A DNA stretch of 64,000 nt from assembly GCF_009914755.1 (NCBI RefSeq), contig NC_060927.1; one strand, 5' to 3'. Source of the stretch: the human T2T-CHM13v2.0 reference genome, Homo sapiens. A model generated the notes under the pieces. That model was given only the letters and a program-made list of their open reading frames with translations. It ran no database searches and had not been told where the DNA came from. Made by a program: the position numbers and the translations under genes. This document shows, piece after piece, positions 46,380 to 61,580 of this stretch (position 1 is the stretch's first letter; each line of letters begins with the position of its first letter).

Positions 46380-47400
46380 AAAAGTACCAGCACTGTCAGG
46401 TATAGACCAGGGCTGCTTCACCGGATGATGAGGCAGGAGCTCCAGGGAGTCCAGTGGAACATGTGGAGCTGGCCAAAGAGGGAAGGGGCTGCACTCAGGA
46501 GCTGTGAGTGAGCTCCCTATCCCTGGAGGTGATCAAGCAAAGCAGAGGCCGGCCCACCCCTTGCAGGGTTATCACTCGGAATTCCAGCCTCAGGTAGGTG
46601 GCTGGGCTCTCTCACTGCATGGGCCCCTTCCAACCTGAGATTCTCTGAGCTGCGGACAACGTGTGATGGTGAGCAGGGCTTTAACATGGTTTTCTCTACG
46701 AAAAGCAGTTCTGGGGCCTAGGTCAGCATAGAAGTCAAGGGAAGGAGGTTGGGTTCGTGCAGATGTGCAGACTTGCCCTCTAAGACAGCATCTCCAGAAG
46801 AAAGCACTCAAGGGTCCCTAAGGCAAGGCATCTGAGGGGCAGTGGGGGCTCTGCAAGGCAGCTGAGGCTCAGGAGTGAAACCAGGACTTGAGGACACGAT
46901 GAAGACCAAGGCACCAAGTTAGCCCCGCTGAGAAATCCAGGGGAGTGTGTGAACTGCACTGAGCTGTGTCTGGAAAAGACTGAACAGGCCCGAGATAAAA
47001 AGGCCACCAGAGCACTTAGTAAGAAGGGAAAACCCGGAAAGAACCAGGGAAAACTGCTCCCTGACAGCCAGAGAAGACGACTCACTCTGTCAACACTCTC
47101 ATATTTCTCTCTTCGAAAAGGTTAAAATATGGACAGTTCAAGGAAGTCAGTCCATGTTGTTCTGGGAAAATGGAAAAGTAAATGAAATAGAGAAAGAGAC
47201 TGACACTAACTGGCTTGGGGGTAATTTAGGAACTGTCGCATCTCATTGCAAAGCCACTCTCCGTGACTTCTGAGAGACTGGGAAAATGAGAAAAAGTTTC
47301 TGCGTTCTGGTAAAACCGCAAATGTTTTTCAAAAAGAAAACAGAAGGACCCTAAACACTGCAGGCTAGTCAGCTTTGTGACAGCACCTGCAAAGGTGAGA
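46380..47400 (+). mobile_element. L3/CR1 fragments
   Basis: gagctccctatccctggaggtgatcaagca...ccttccaacctgagattct (CR1 3' end); ttttcaaaaag..gaccctaaacactgcaggctagtcagctt (CR1 RT region). Confidence 0.5.
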
Positions 47401-48454
47401 AAATGAATTTCATACGGTCAACCCACTGCAGTGAGTGTGCCACGGTGCTCAGAGACAGGCAGACATTCACAGCGGGGAAGAAGGGGTACTGTTCCCCGCC
47501 ATGCACATGGCAGGAGGTAGAGCCAGGGAGACGCTCCTTTCATGTCTTCACGTGCAAGCTGTTTAACCCACAACATAAAAGAGGGAAGAAGAAGAATTCA
47601 GTGGAAAGAAGTTCATATTACAAATGACTTCTCAAATTGGGCTCTGTGTTCCAGAAAGCGGACAAACCCTGAGAAGAGGCTAATCAGGCCAGGAGAGGAG
47701 GCGGCGGCAGGGATGGGAGCCAAGGGTGGGTGCTGGAGTCTATTCAATGGATGGACCACCAGCCCAGAGCGGCAGGTTCCAGGTTTCATAAGCCACTAAA
47801 ATTCTTTACTGAAGCTTTCTATCTGTAAGATGGAAAAAGCAGGCTCCCTGGCTGGATGGTGTGGGACTGGGGGGACAGTGTTTGTGTGGCCTGGGGGTAG
47901 AGGGCGGGTATTCCAGCCACCGGCCCCTCCCCCACCCAAGGAAACAGGCCTCTGCAGCACAGAGGCAGCAAAAATCACTGGACTAGATAAAAGAACTGAG
48001 AACTTGCTCAGTGAATTTGGCACTGATAACAAAATAGGCAAATTCAACAATACAAAAGAAGGCAGGGATGATTTTCATAACTCATCTTGAACTGTGGGAA
48101 AAAAACTCATTAGACCAAAAATGGCCAGTGAAGGTGGCTGCAGGCAGGAAAATGGGCCCATCCTTCCCCTCCTCCACAACTGACTGCAAATCAGGAAACT
48201 CAAATGGAATGAAATCAGTATAGCTCAGGTTCACCTAAGCCCCTAACAGAAAAGAAAGGAAATTTAGGTTCAGGCTTAAAAAATGGCAGACTATGCGCAG
48301 CTTTGATTCTGATTTGAATGGGCTAATTAAGTACCTGAAAGAAACAAATAAATAATGACTTTGCCTCAGTTCCTTACTTAAAAAAGAAATGTTCTCTTTG
48401 GGGTTCAGCAAAAGAACTTTTAACTATGGTTTACTTTTTTTGTAGGTGGTTGTG

Positions 48455-48920
48455 ACTTTTCATTGTGGCAATATTTATACAACATAAAATCTGCCATTTT
48501 AACCATTTTTAAGCGTACCATTCAGTGGCATTAATCACACTCATGTTGTGCAACCAATATTGCTATCAATTTCCAAAACCCTTTCATCACCCCAAACAGA
48601 AACTCTGAACCCATTAAGCAATTACACCTGTTCTCCCTCCTGCCAGCCACTGGGAATCTCTGGTCTGCTTTCTGTGTCCATAAATTTGCCTGTTCTAGGC
48701 ATTTCATATAAATGGAATCAGACCATACGTGTGACCTTTTGTGTCTGGCTTCTTTCACTCAGCGTCATGTTTTCAAGGTCCTTCTATGTCGTAGCATGAA
48801 ACAGCACTGCATTCCTCTTTATGATGGAATAACATTCCACTGCAATTTACAGCACGTTTTGTTTATCTATTCATCTGTTGATGGATGCTTGGGTTGTTTC
48901 TGCTTTGTGGCTACTGAGAA
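48455..48920 (-). mobile_element. L1 (L1MB-like) 3' end
   Basis: ttcagtggcatta..cacactca.gttgtgcaacca, ttcatcaccccaaacagaaactct, catttcatataaatggaatca. Confidence 0.85.
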
Positions 48921-49847
48921 AATACAGCATCCTTTCATAGCCACGGGATGAAGAAGTGGAACTGTCCACTCTGGATAAAGCAGGCTGGGGGGGGCCTTGA
49001 CAACAGAAAGACCAAAAGGCAGGAGTGGCTGAACATGGGGCAGGAGGGAGGCTGTGGCCTTGAGGAAGGAGGGTCAGTGGAGAGGCAGGGAACCAGCTAA
49101 CGTTAAGCCCTACGATGCAGCCTATCAGATGCTACAATACTAGCAACGGATGGAGCACGCGGCTCAGCGTGGCGTGCTTCTCACACGTGCCCAATGGCTC
49201 TGGCTGACCCTGCCCTCTCTGGCTGTCCACCTCTGCACCTGCCAGGGGAGGTGAACCACACCAGGTGATTCCTAAGGTCCCTTCCAGTTCTGACAATCAG
49301 TCCACCAAGACCTTGACCATGACGTGACTATACGGTTAACAGACTAATAAGGGCCCTCTCTGGAGGGTGGAGAGAGAAAGGGGACTTTGGAGGGGATGAA
49401 GGTCCAATTCCTCCAGAAGGAAGACATGGTGCTCACTGCAGAAGAGGGTGCAGCTTCCAGGGGGCCCCACCGCCCACCCCAGAGGCTTGGCTCCTAGTGA
49501 GCGTCAGGGAGGAGTCGGAGAGGCTCAGCAGATGTGGGAGAGGCACAGATCTGTCCCAGGGATGAGTGCTTCCCGGAGGCCAGGCTGGTGCGTCAGGGAT
49601 TTCTGAAACCACTAGTGAAGAAACTGAGGGAAAGGCCTGATGGGCAGGGCAAACAGGAACATAAGTGGTTTCTACCACAGACCAGAGTGACCCAGAGCCA
49701 GGTCGCATTGAGGGACACGGCTGGACAGGGGACACAGCACACCTAAGAGATATGGGAGAAAAACTCAGAACAAGAGCCACATTTCTGCTGCCAACACCAG
49801 CTGGCTGCATGACCTGCTTGAAAACACCAAAACACACTCCTCATCTA

Positions 49848-50435
<588 letters not shown>

Positions 50436-51549
50436 TCAGGTGGCAGGGCTGCAGCTTCTGGGGGACCTGCCTGGCAAGCAGGCCACAGGTCCCCCGTGCC
50501 CATCCTCACAGCTTCAGAGGGCCTGGGCTCTGAAATCCAGAGAGGGAACCTGAAGTTGCTCCACCTCCCCTAATCCACTGCCCAGCCTTTTGCACTGACT
50601 CCCTGAGTAGGGCTTACACGGCCTTGCAGGTGGATTCTGGAACCGTAAGGGTATGGTTCCCTCCCCTTCCGGTGGAGACAGCAGCCCACAGGAAGCTGAA
50701 TGGAGAACCAGGTGACACCTGATAGGTATTTTGCCTAATTCTCAGCTATTCACTGATGTGCTTCATTTAGCTTGGAAGAACCACCTGGTTACTCCCTCCA
50801 AGTCGTCACTCACAGCTCCATAAATAACTGTGAAGGCTGAAAACTGATTGGATCAGTAGCCTTCATTTCTAGAAATGCCTATGTCAGCAGCACAGCCAGC
50901 CACTCTTTGAGAAACAAGGGTGGCTGTCTCTTTAGAAGGGCAGAATCTCTAAGCGCCACCCCCTTTCCACCGCCAGGTCCCACAACAAGTCCCGCAGTTT
51001 TTGCTCCTCGATTCCTAGCCAGTTCAACAAGCAAAATGCAAGGATTTCCCTCTGCCCCTCCTTCAGGTGCAGATCACAGGTGACCTTCACAGCCACCACG
51101 GGTGGCCACCCTCAGACAAAAGAGCTGTAAGTGACTTTCCATCTGGAACTTCCCATTGGCCCTCCTGGGGCAAGGGCTGGCCCAGGGACAACACACCCCA
51201 CCATACCACCAGGTGGCCTTTCAAGGGAGGAAGAGTGGCCTGACGAGGCCAGGTGTTGTTATGGGGTTAAAAGCCCGTGGGGGGCGTGAGAGGCAGGTGA
51301 ACACCTCTAGGGAGGATTCAAACAGCGTCTTTGTTCCAGGCCTCCACAAAAGCCCGGCACTTAGCTGCCTTCAACAAACGGAACAAGGGAAACGAATTCT
51401 CTTCAGGGGAAAAGAAAGATCTTCAGAGTGGCTTTTAAGGCTTTCCTAGAGAGGAGGTGGCTAGAGAATGACCTCTGCCAATGTCTAAGCCACTTGGAGC
51501 TGTGGCCAGAGGAGGGAATGAAGCAGTTGCAGGCAGGGCAGGTAACTGA

Positions 51550-51962
<413 letters not shown>

Positions 51963-52149
51963 TCCAGGTTGCTTCTTGATACTTGTGCGTCCACATCAGT
52001 ACAGAAAGATGGGGTTTTATGCCAACAAGGACCCCAGCTCTGCACAGCCTCAGTGCAGGGGTCAACCAGGGTGGAGCTGGCTGCCAGTGCCTGATTTTCA
52101 CCTGTGGCATCCAACAGAGTCATGACAGATACAAATGTAAGGGGGATAT

Positions 52150-53090
52150 TTTCATTCTTTTAATAATGCCATTAAAAATAAAATACATTTTGACACCATG
52201 TACCTCCTGCTATGGTACATGGAGAAGGACACATCATCACTTCAGTGGGAGCCTTATCAAAATGTAGACCCCCCCCAACCTAATCATGAAAAAACATCAG
52301 ACACACCCAAATTGAAACTACAAATTAATTGGCCAGTACTCCTCAAAAGTGCCAAGGTCATGAAAGACAAGCAAAGGCTGAGGAACTATCACAGATGGGA
52401 GGGGACTGAGGACATGAATCAACTACATGCGACATGGGATCCTGAACTGGCTCCGGGAACACAAACTGGATAGTGAGGGGAAAATGACGAATTAGAATAA
52501 GGTCAGTAGATGAGTTAATAGTATCATTTTAGTGTTAATTTCCCGGTTTTGATCATTATATACAGTTACGGAAGTTGTCAACATTCGGGGAAACTGGATG
52601 CAGGATGCACAGAATCCCTCTCGGCTACTTTTGTAACTGCTCAAATACCATTATTTCAACATGAAAAACAGAAGGTACTGGCTTCGGGGACTCTTTAGAT
52701 GAAGCATGGCTTAGAAGATTTAACCAAATGCAATCAGTGGATTTTGAGTAGACCCTGGCTACAAATAAACTAAAAGTAGAAGACATTTTGGGGGACAGTT
52801 TGGGAAGTTTCAATATGGACTGGGTAGTAGATGATAGTAGGGATTTGATGTTAATTTTTTTGGTATATAAAGTATTGGGGTTAAGGAGGAAAATGTCCTT
52901 AAGTATATATTGAGGTTTTTAGGGGTAAATGTCTTTGTCTAAATTTACTTTTAAAAAATCAGAATAAAAATAGATGAAAAAAACACTGCAAAATATTAAC
53001 AGTTGTTCTATCTAGGGGATGGGTACTGATTAGATTACTTACTTTTCTGTGCATTTGAGGAATTACATAATAAAAAGTAAAAATATGTAT
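52150..53090 (+). mobile_element. Old L1 3' fragments (L1MC/ME-like)
   Basis: aacctaatcatgaaaaaacatcagacacacccaaattga; aatatggactgggtagtagatga. Confidence 0.7.
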
Positions 53091-53529
53091 TTATACATAT
53101 ACGTATATGTATGTGTGTGTGTGTATATATGTATAGGTGTGTGTGCATGGGTGTACATACATAAGGCACTTATGTTTCTCTCCCAAGCGAGACTCTAATG
53201 TGAATGACAATTTAACAAACACCTCAACCTCATTTCCAAAAGCCCACTGCATACTTCAAAGTACTCCCCATAGAAGCCATAGGCTTTGTCGGAGACACAG
53301 CCAGTCCTCAGAAGAGTTCAGAAACACCTCTTTGTGAAATACCTCCAGAACTTGAAATCCATTCTTAGAAATATCCACAGTAGTAGAAAACCTGCATCTT
53401 TTGAAGATTTTTTTTTTTTTTTTCAAGAACTAACAGAAAGCAGCCCAGGGAATACTTTGGGTGACTCAATTGTCAGTGATGGGGTGGGTTAATGGGACGA
53501 GACAATTAAGTGATAAAAAGGCGTCTCTT

Positions 53530-53843
53530 GACCAGGCGTGGTGGCTCACGCCTGTAATCCTAGCACTTTGGGAGGCCAAGGCGGGTGGATTGCCTGAGCT
53601 TGGGAGTTTGAGACCAGCCTGGGCAACATGGTGAAACCCCGTCTCTACTAAAATACAAAAAATTAGCCAGGCGTGGTGGTAGGCACCTGTATTCCCAGCT
53701 ACTCAGGAGGCTGAGGCAGGAGAATTGCTTGAACTTGGGAGGCAGAAGTTGCAGTGAGCCAAGATCATGCCTCTGCACTCCAGCCTGGGCAACAGAGCGA
53801 GACGCTGTGTCCCCACCACGCCGACCCAAAAAAAAAAAAAAAA
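53530..53843 (+). mobile_element. Alu (AluS-like)
   Basis: Full dimer; C-rich insert ccccaccacgccgaccc before the A-tail. Confidence 0.95.
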
Positions 53844-54096
53844 GAAGCATCTTTCATGCAGCTGTGCAGCGCCTAGTGAGAGTTGCCCACCCTGGAATGA
53901 GCACATCACCTTCCCGCCCAGAGAGGTCAGACCCCTGGCTTCCTACCCCACCAAGGGCACACTCAGAAACTTCTCTCCGTGCCTGAGCAAGTGCAGGCCA
54001 GACTCCCTGCTCTGTTCTCCTAAATGACCACCCCCTCCCACTCCTGGGATTCCCTGCAGCCAGAGGAAGGAGCCCAAGAGGGACGGGGATACTCAC

Positions 54097-54194
54097 TGGG
54101 GCACGATGGTGATCTGGACAAAGCAGATGAAGAGGAAGACGAGCGAGGCACACGCCACATAGGCACCAAATCGGTCGTCTACCTGCTTGGAGTA
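54097..54194 (-). CDS. ADCY5: ADCY5 exon 11 (start of M2 membrane cassette)
   Basis: tcag|TAC...CCC CA|gtgagt; 98 nt; [32 protein letters not shown](H). Confidence 0.96.
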
Positions 54195-55149
54195 CTGAGA
54201 GGAGACGGGCAGGGTGAGAGGGGCCAAGGTACCTGGCCCGGTCTGCTCCAGCCCTGTCAATCCCACACACCCAGGGCAGCCACTCATGGCTGGTCACCTG
54301 TGCAGCCCACTCCCACAACAGGGAAGACTCGAGAACCAGAGTCAAACTTAGACCCCAGGAAACCAGTCCAGATCACCAGAAGGTAGTGCCTATGGAGAGG
54401 GCAGTTGAGACAGACCTGAAACCTTCTGCAGGTGGGTCACCTTCAGAGTAATCCATAATGATCATGGCTGTACATGACTGCATGCCATCTACACGCTAGG
54501 AAACATGCCAGGTGTCTACAGGCATCATCCAGCACCCCCACAACAGCCCAAGAAGTCGGAATAAAACTGCTGTCATTTCTTCTTCAGAGATGAGCAAGCT
54601 GGGCCTCAGAGAGCTCACATGACTTGTCCAAAGTCACATCTGAGGCTCCCAGCCCCAGCTCCGCCCATGATACCAAGCAGCCACACTGATGGAGGTTGGG
54701 CTGGCACAGTCACCCAGAGTAACACCCAAGTCAGGTCCATATACTGCTGGTCCCTTTCCACAGCTTCACCTTGCTAATTCAGTTTGCTTGCCTGGTTTAA
54801 TGCTGATGAGCATACCACAAGTCCATTTTAACTGAACCCTGGGGAGATGCTGCCACAAAGTCCAAAGAGAACTGACTGGACCAGGGTCTGACTCCAGCTC
54901 TGTCACTACTTCACTGGGGGGCCGAAAGCAGGTCCCCCAACCACTCTGGGCTTTAGCTTTCTCATTCACAATGTGAAGAAATGCAACAGAGAGATCTTGA
55001 CTGTCCCTGCCAACTTTAACACCTTGAGGTCCCAATGTGACAAAGCAGTTGGGCTGTCCATTGACAATGATAATAACAATAATGCAAATAGCAACTAATA
55101 TGCACCGAACGCCTACTATGCGACAGATACTGTTTCATACATAGAAACT

Positions 55150-55463
55150 GCTGGGCATGGTGGCTCACACCTGTAATCCTAGCATTTTGGGAGACCGAGG
55201 CGGGTGGATCACCTGAGGTCAGGAGTTCAAGATCAGCCTGTCCAACATGGTGAAACCCCATCTCTACTAAAAATACAAAAATTAGCTGGGAGTGGTGGCG
55301 GGCGCCTATAATCCCAGCTACACAGGAGGCTGAGGCAGGAGAATCACTTGAACCTCGGGGGAGGAGGTTGCAGTGAGCCAAGATCAAGCCACTGGACTCC
55401 AGCCTGGCCAACAGAGTGAAACTCCGTCTCAAAAAAAAAAAAATGAAAAAAGAAAAAAAAAAA
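55150..55463 (+). mobile_element. Alu (AluSx-like), inserted in a MIR-like sequence
   Basis: Full dimer; target duplication agaaact. Confidence 0.95.
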
Positions 55464-55509
55464 GAAACTCATTTCATCCTCACTATGACCCTACGAAGTG
55501 GGAATGTTA

Positions 55510-56052
<543 letters not shown>

Positions 56053-56824
56053 CTAAGCCGTGCTCTTAACAACTGCACAGATGAACAGACAACTGACCAA
56101 GTCTCAGTCCCCTTCGGGCTGAAGGGCCTTGCTGACAGGCTTTTCTGACTCTGTTAACATATTATATTAGCATAACAATGTGAGCTACCATTGACAGTTT
56201 AGTTGGACTTTCCCTACAGCTAACAGGCTCTGCTCTTTACCCTCTAGCTCTATCCTTCTGAAAAGAAGCCCTAGATCAGGCAGTGAGAGTTTCTGCCAGT
56301 TTCTGCCACAGGGACTGTGGCCCACCTGGTTTCTTTCACCCAGCTCAGGGCACTCTTGAGAAGCAGGTTTCATAGACTTGGAGTGCTGACCTTCAACACC
56401 CTGTTTCTCAGGGTGGAGCCCAGTCCTGGAGTGGAATTTCTGACAGTCCTGAGAACCAGAAGTGAAGGAGGGAGAAGAGGGCATTGCCTCGGGGCACTGG
56501 ATGCCAGGCACTGCTGACCAGTGTGTAAGGTCTGCACTTTCCTGAGGGAGCCATGTGTGCACACGTGCACAAGCGTGTCACGGAGATAAAATGGGCAGTG
56601 CTGAGGCTCTGTCCTTCTGCTGGGTGGCCTGGGCTTCTGGGCTGCCCTGGCCTGTCTGGGGCTGCTGCTGACCACCTGACGGCTAGGGTGGGCTCCATTC
56701 ACTCTCAGCTAAGACTGCAAGAGGAGTCATTTTCCATGGAGTGTGGAGAAACCAAGTGATAAGGTGGATTGGGAGATATCCCCCAGACCCAGGGAGCAGG
56801 AATAAGGAAGGGCATATTACTCAC

Positions 56825-56847
56825 TTGTCCTTGGGGTCTTCAAAGCC
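56825..56847 (-). CDS. ADCY5: ADCY5 exon 9, 23-nt microexon
   Basis: Long pyrimidine tract, then tag|GGC TTT GAA GAC CCC AAG GAC AA|gtgagt; GFEDPKD(K). It is required to bridge the phase-0 end of exon 8 and the phase-2 start of exon 10. Confidence 0.93.
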
Positions 56848-59523
56848 CTAGAAGAGAAGGATAGAAAGAGAAAGAGAAGAGAATGAGAACAGAGAGAACT
56901 GAAAGCTCAGAGGCGTCTAGATGGCTGCAGCTCATCTCTACAGTCTCCCAAAGGACGTGGACATAGAGAGGATTGTCATTCAGCAGCTCCTTTCCTTCCT
57001 TCCTTCACTTGGAGAATACAGCTGGGTTCTCCCTAAGAGACAGGTGCTGTGCTAGACGCCGGGGATGCCCTGAGATTTCACTTCATCCACCGGCACAATC
57101 CATGTGTCTAAGCTCTTCCTGCCCCCATGCTCAACTCCTTTCCTAAATCTCTCCTCGCCATCCTCCTGCACCCTGGGCTCAGAGGGTCCCCTCTCAATCC
57201 TGCCTCTTACTCAGATGGAAATCGGGAATTGCTGGGCTGCACAATCTCTGTCACACGGACACACTCATGCACACTCACCTCCTTGTGTACATCACACCGA
57301 GCACACATAAAATCCCCAGGAGTTCGCACATTTTGCACTTAAAAAAACTACACTCTAGTTACCTGCAACAGCTGTTTCAGTAACTGAAAATCAATGCTTT
57401 CTTGTAAGGCCACGGTTGTTTGGGGACTCAGAGGGTAAGGAACCCACCTGCCACAGATCTGACTGCTGTTCTATCAGAGTTGAGGGTGGGAAGGGCCCTT
57501 ACCGGCTGTCAAACTCAAAGCCCTCTTGAATCTATGAATTCCGCAAAGGGAGAGATCTGTGTCGGGGTCTCAGCAGTGGTGGCAGAATGGAGGCTTCCCC
57601 ACTGTGGGGAGGGGTGGAATCTCAGAGGTGGTGCGGAAGGTGACAAGTAGCCCCAGGACTTGCTGTTTAGATTAGCCTCAGGATGCCAGGACTAGGACAG
57701 AGGATGCCCCTTCCCTGGCAGTGTGGAGCACTCTGCTGGGCAAACAGAGTTCGGCAAACACTGGGTGAACCCAAAATCCAAATGAACACACCACTCTTCA
57801 TTCCCAATGAGGACACGGTTTGAAAATACAAAAAGAGGGATTTATGTTCCTCTCCATGAGCCAGGGCCACCAGGCACTAAAATAGACATGGGGCCCTGGT
57901 GGTACAGAGGCTCTACCCCCAGCTGAGGGCTCCAGGGAGCCTCAGCAGCCTCTGGAGTCACCTCCAAGTGACCAACTATAGGCTCTGAGCTCCTCCCGGG
58001 CTGCCAGCACCGGCCCAGGATGGCCTGGCAGTTGTCTGCCTAGGCAAACTGCACCCTTCTCCTTGTCCTCTGAGAATGGCCAGGCCCTCCCTCCAGGCTG
58101 TAAAGTGGTCCCACGTCACCATCCCAGCCCTGGGCTGGAGGCATAGATGTCACTCAAGTGAGCTCTCCCTCTGGGGGGCAGGCCCGTGCCTGATGCTCCC
58201 AGGATCCCTTGGAGCACAGGCGTGGCGGGCAGCAGAGAGCTGGACAGGCGAGCTCCCTGTGGAAGACCCCCTGCGAGGGGTTGGCCCACTCAATTCCATC
58301 CCAGGAGCCGGCAAAAATTTTACTACGGAACCGAGAAGAACTGAGCTATATTACATATATGCTGGTCTCTATGGTTCAAAAATAGGCCGAAATGTTGTGA
58401 ATAAGCCTGTTCTGACCTTTCCCGATGCTCCTTTGGTCACCTGCTGAGGCTGGTGCATGGGACCCATTTTTTCTTCCTGTGCTGAGTAGGGGGCTGGGAC
58501 CATCCTAACCACACTGCTTGCCATGTTGGTGTGGAGAGCTCAGCGCCAGGTCGGCATGGCGAGTTGGTAACAGTACAGAAAATATACTGGTACACAAACC
58601 ATGGCAGGGGGGCCATTAAAACACAACAGAGCCGACTGGGCTCAAATCCCGCCACCTACTTACTCTAACAGTTCTAGGACAGCGGCTACTTGGCCTCTCC
58701 CAGTCTGCCTACACTCCCTCCTGCAGCACCTGGGCCCCACCCTACCGGCTATTCCTGGGTTTGGTGAGAGGAGCTCAAGCCCACACGTGTCTTCCCACTG
58801 GCAACCTTTTTATTAATAAATAACCTTAAAGACCTTATGACACTAGTGCCTAAGCATCAACCAGCACGGCTCATCACTTTTAAAAGCTGGGTAAAAGCTG
58901 GAAAAAGATTTAAAAGGCACTGCTGACTCCGACTTCAAACCTTCTAACAGCTCTCACTCACTACTTCGCGCTCCCAGCCCCCCATCCCTGCTTCAGTGGA
59001 CTGTTTCTCATAAAACTCATCCAGCGTGGGCAGCTCAGGGTGAAAGCTCGCCTTCCATGGATCTCTCTCCAACATTCCAGGCACGTTAGCATGGAAAGCC
59101 CAATGGCCCTCGCGGCACTGAGGAACCTGTCTTCATCCCCAGCCTAGATATTCCCACGGGCCACGCTGGAGTGGGTCCCAGAGGCTGTCCATTGATGGCA
59201 GCCCCCTCAGGGGACACCAGGCCCAGCCAGGACAGGAGCCTCTGTTCCCACAGCCCTGTTCTTCCACACTCCTTCCCCTCCCTGCTGGGCAAAGCGATGA
59301 ACGCTGTGGAGGAGACTTCCTGGCAGCCTCCTTCTCCAGAGACTGTCCCTTCCCCATGACAGTCCTGACTGCAAATTCTTCCAAAATTCCTTGTCCTAAT
59401 GATGAGTAATATATCTGCCAACACAGTGCTTATAGTCCAAACTATCTCCTTTAAGACTCCAAAATAACTAAAGATATAGCTTATATCAAATATCACTAAA
59501 AAATAACTTTCCAAGGATTCTGA

Positions 59524-59969
<446 letters not shown>

Positions 59970-60479
59970 CTGCCCTGATCATGTGGGTACAGAGTCTGCA
60001 GGAGACTATCAAAGGGCTGGGGTGGCAATGGGGAGGGTGGCCAACTGCTCTTTGCTCAGGGGAGGGAGGGTGGTGGCTGGAGCCCTTAGTGGCACTGACC
60101 AGGTCTGTGGACATTCAAGTTTGGAGCCCTGGGGAAGGCTAGGTTTCTCCACTCTGCTGTCTGGTAACCCAGGGCCAAGAGGTGTCTCTACTGTCAGAAT
60201 GTTAAATGGGGGTCTTGGCTCAATTCACTTTTCCTCCTGTACATTTTCCTTAAGCTCGTATCATCTGCTACATGTTGGCTAACAAGGAGCAGAGCGACTG
60301 GGTCCCCAGCATGTCCCCTTCTCCAGGCTCCTGGCTCTTGTCTGCTGACCCTGCTGGATTTCCAGGGAGTCCGTCTCTGATCCCTTCTGCCACAACCTCA
60401 ACCCAGTCTGCTCCACAGAGCCCAAACTTGGAGCTACTTGTGCAACATGCCCCTCCTTCACTAAGTGGCCACACAGAAA

Positions 60480-60480
<1 letters not shown>

Positions 60481-60534
<54 letters not shown>
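60481..60534. repeat. (CA)27 microsatellite
   Basis: Read directly. Confidence 0.98.
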
Positions 60535-60536
<2 letters not shown>

Positions 60537-61040
60537 CCCTGTGCCATCCCTCGGCCCTTCCTTGGTATGGGTGACTCCCACCTGGGAACCTGGTGCCCCC
60601 GAGCTGAGCAGCATGCCTGAGGGGCAGAAGCCAACCTCTCAGACAGTAGGAGAGGAAACACCACTGCAGTAACGTGGCTTCTTCCTCCTCTTCCCACCAG
60701 GAATCCATCTTCCTGTCATTGCTGCCAGAGCCCAGGCAGCACATCCTGAATTCACCTGTCCCGGTGTGTGTAGGCAGGGTCCCTGGAGGTGGAGCTGACA
60801 CCCGACCATGGCCTCCCCGACTTGCTCAGCCCACATGCTCCCACTGGAAGGCTGGCATTAGTGGGGGGTCTTTCTCAGCACAGAGGGCAAAGGGGACCAC
60901 CACCTGGCACTTCCCAGAAAGCACTAGGATAGTTTCTGAGCAACTGAACCAAAAGATGTGGTTTCACTTGCCTGAGAAATGCAGGAGGTGCTGGAAGAGG
61001 GTATGACAAGCTGGTGCCCACCCAACTCCCTGGGGCCTCA

Positions 61041-61580
<540 letters not shown>

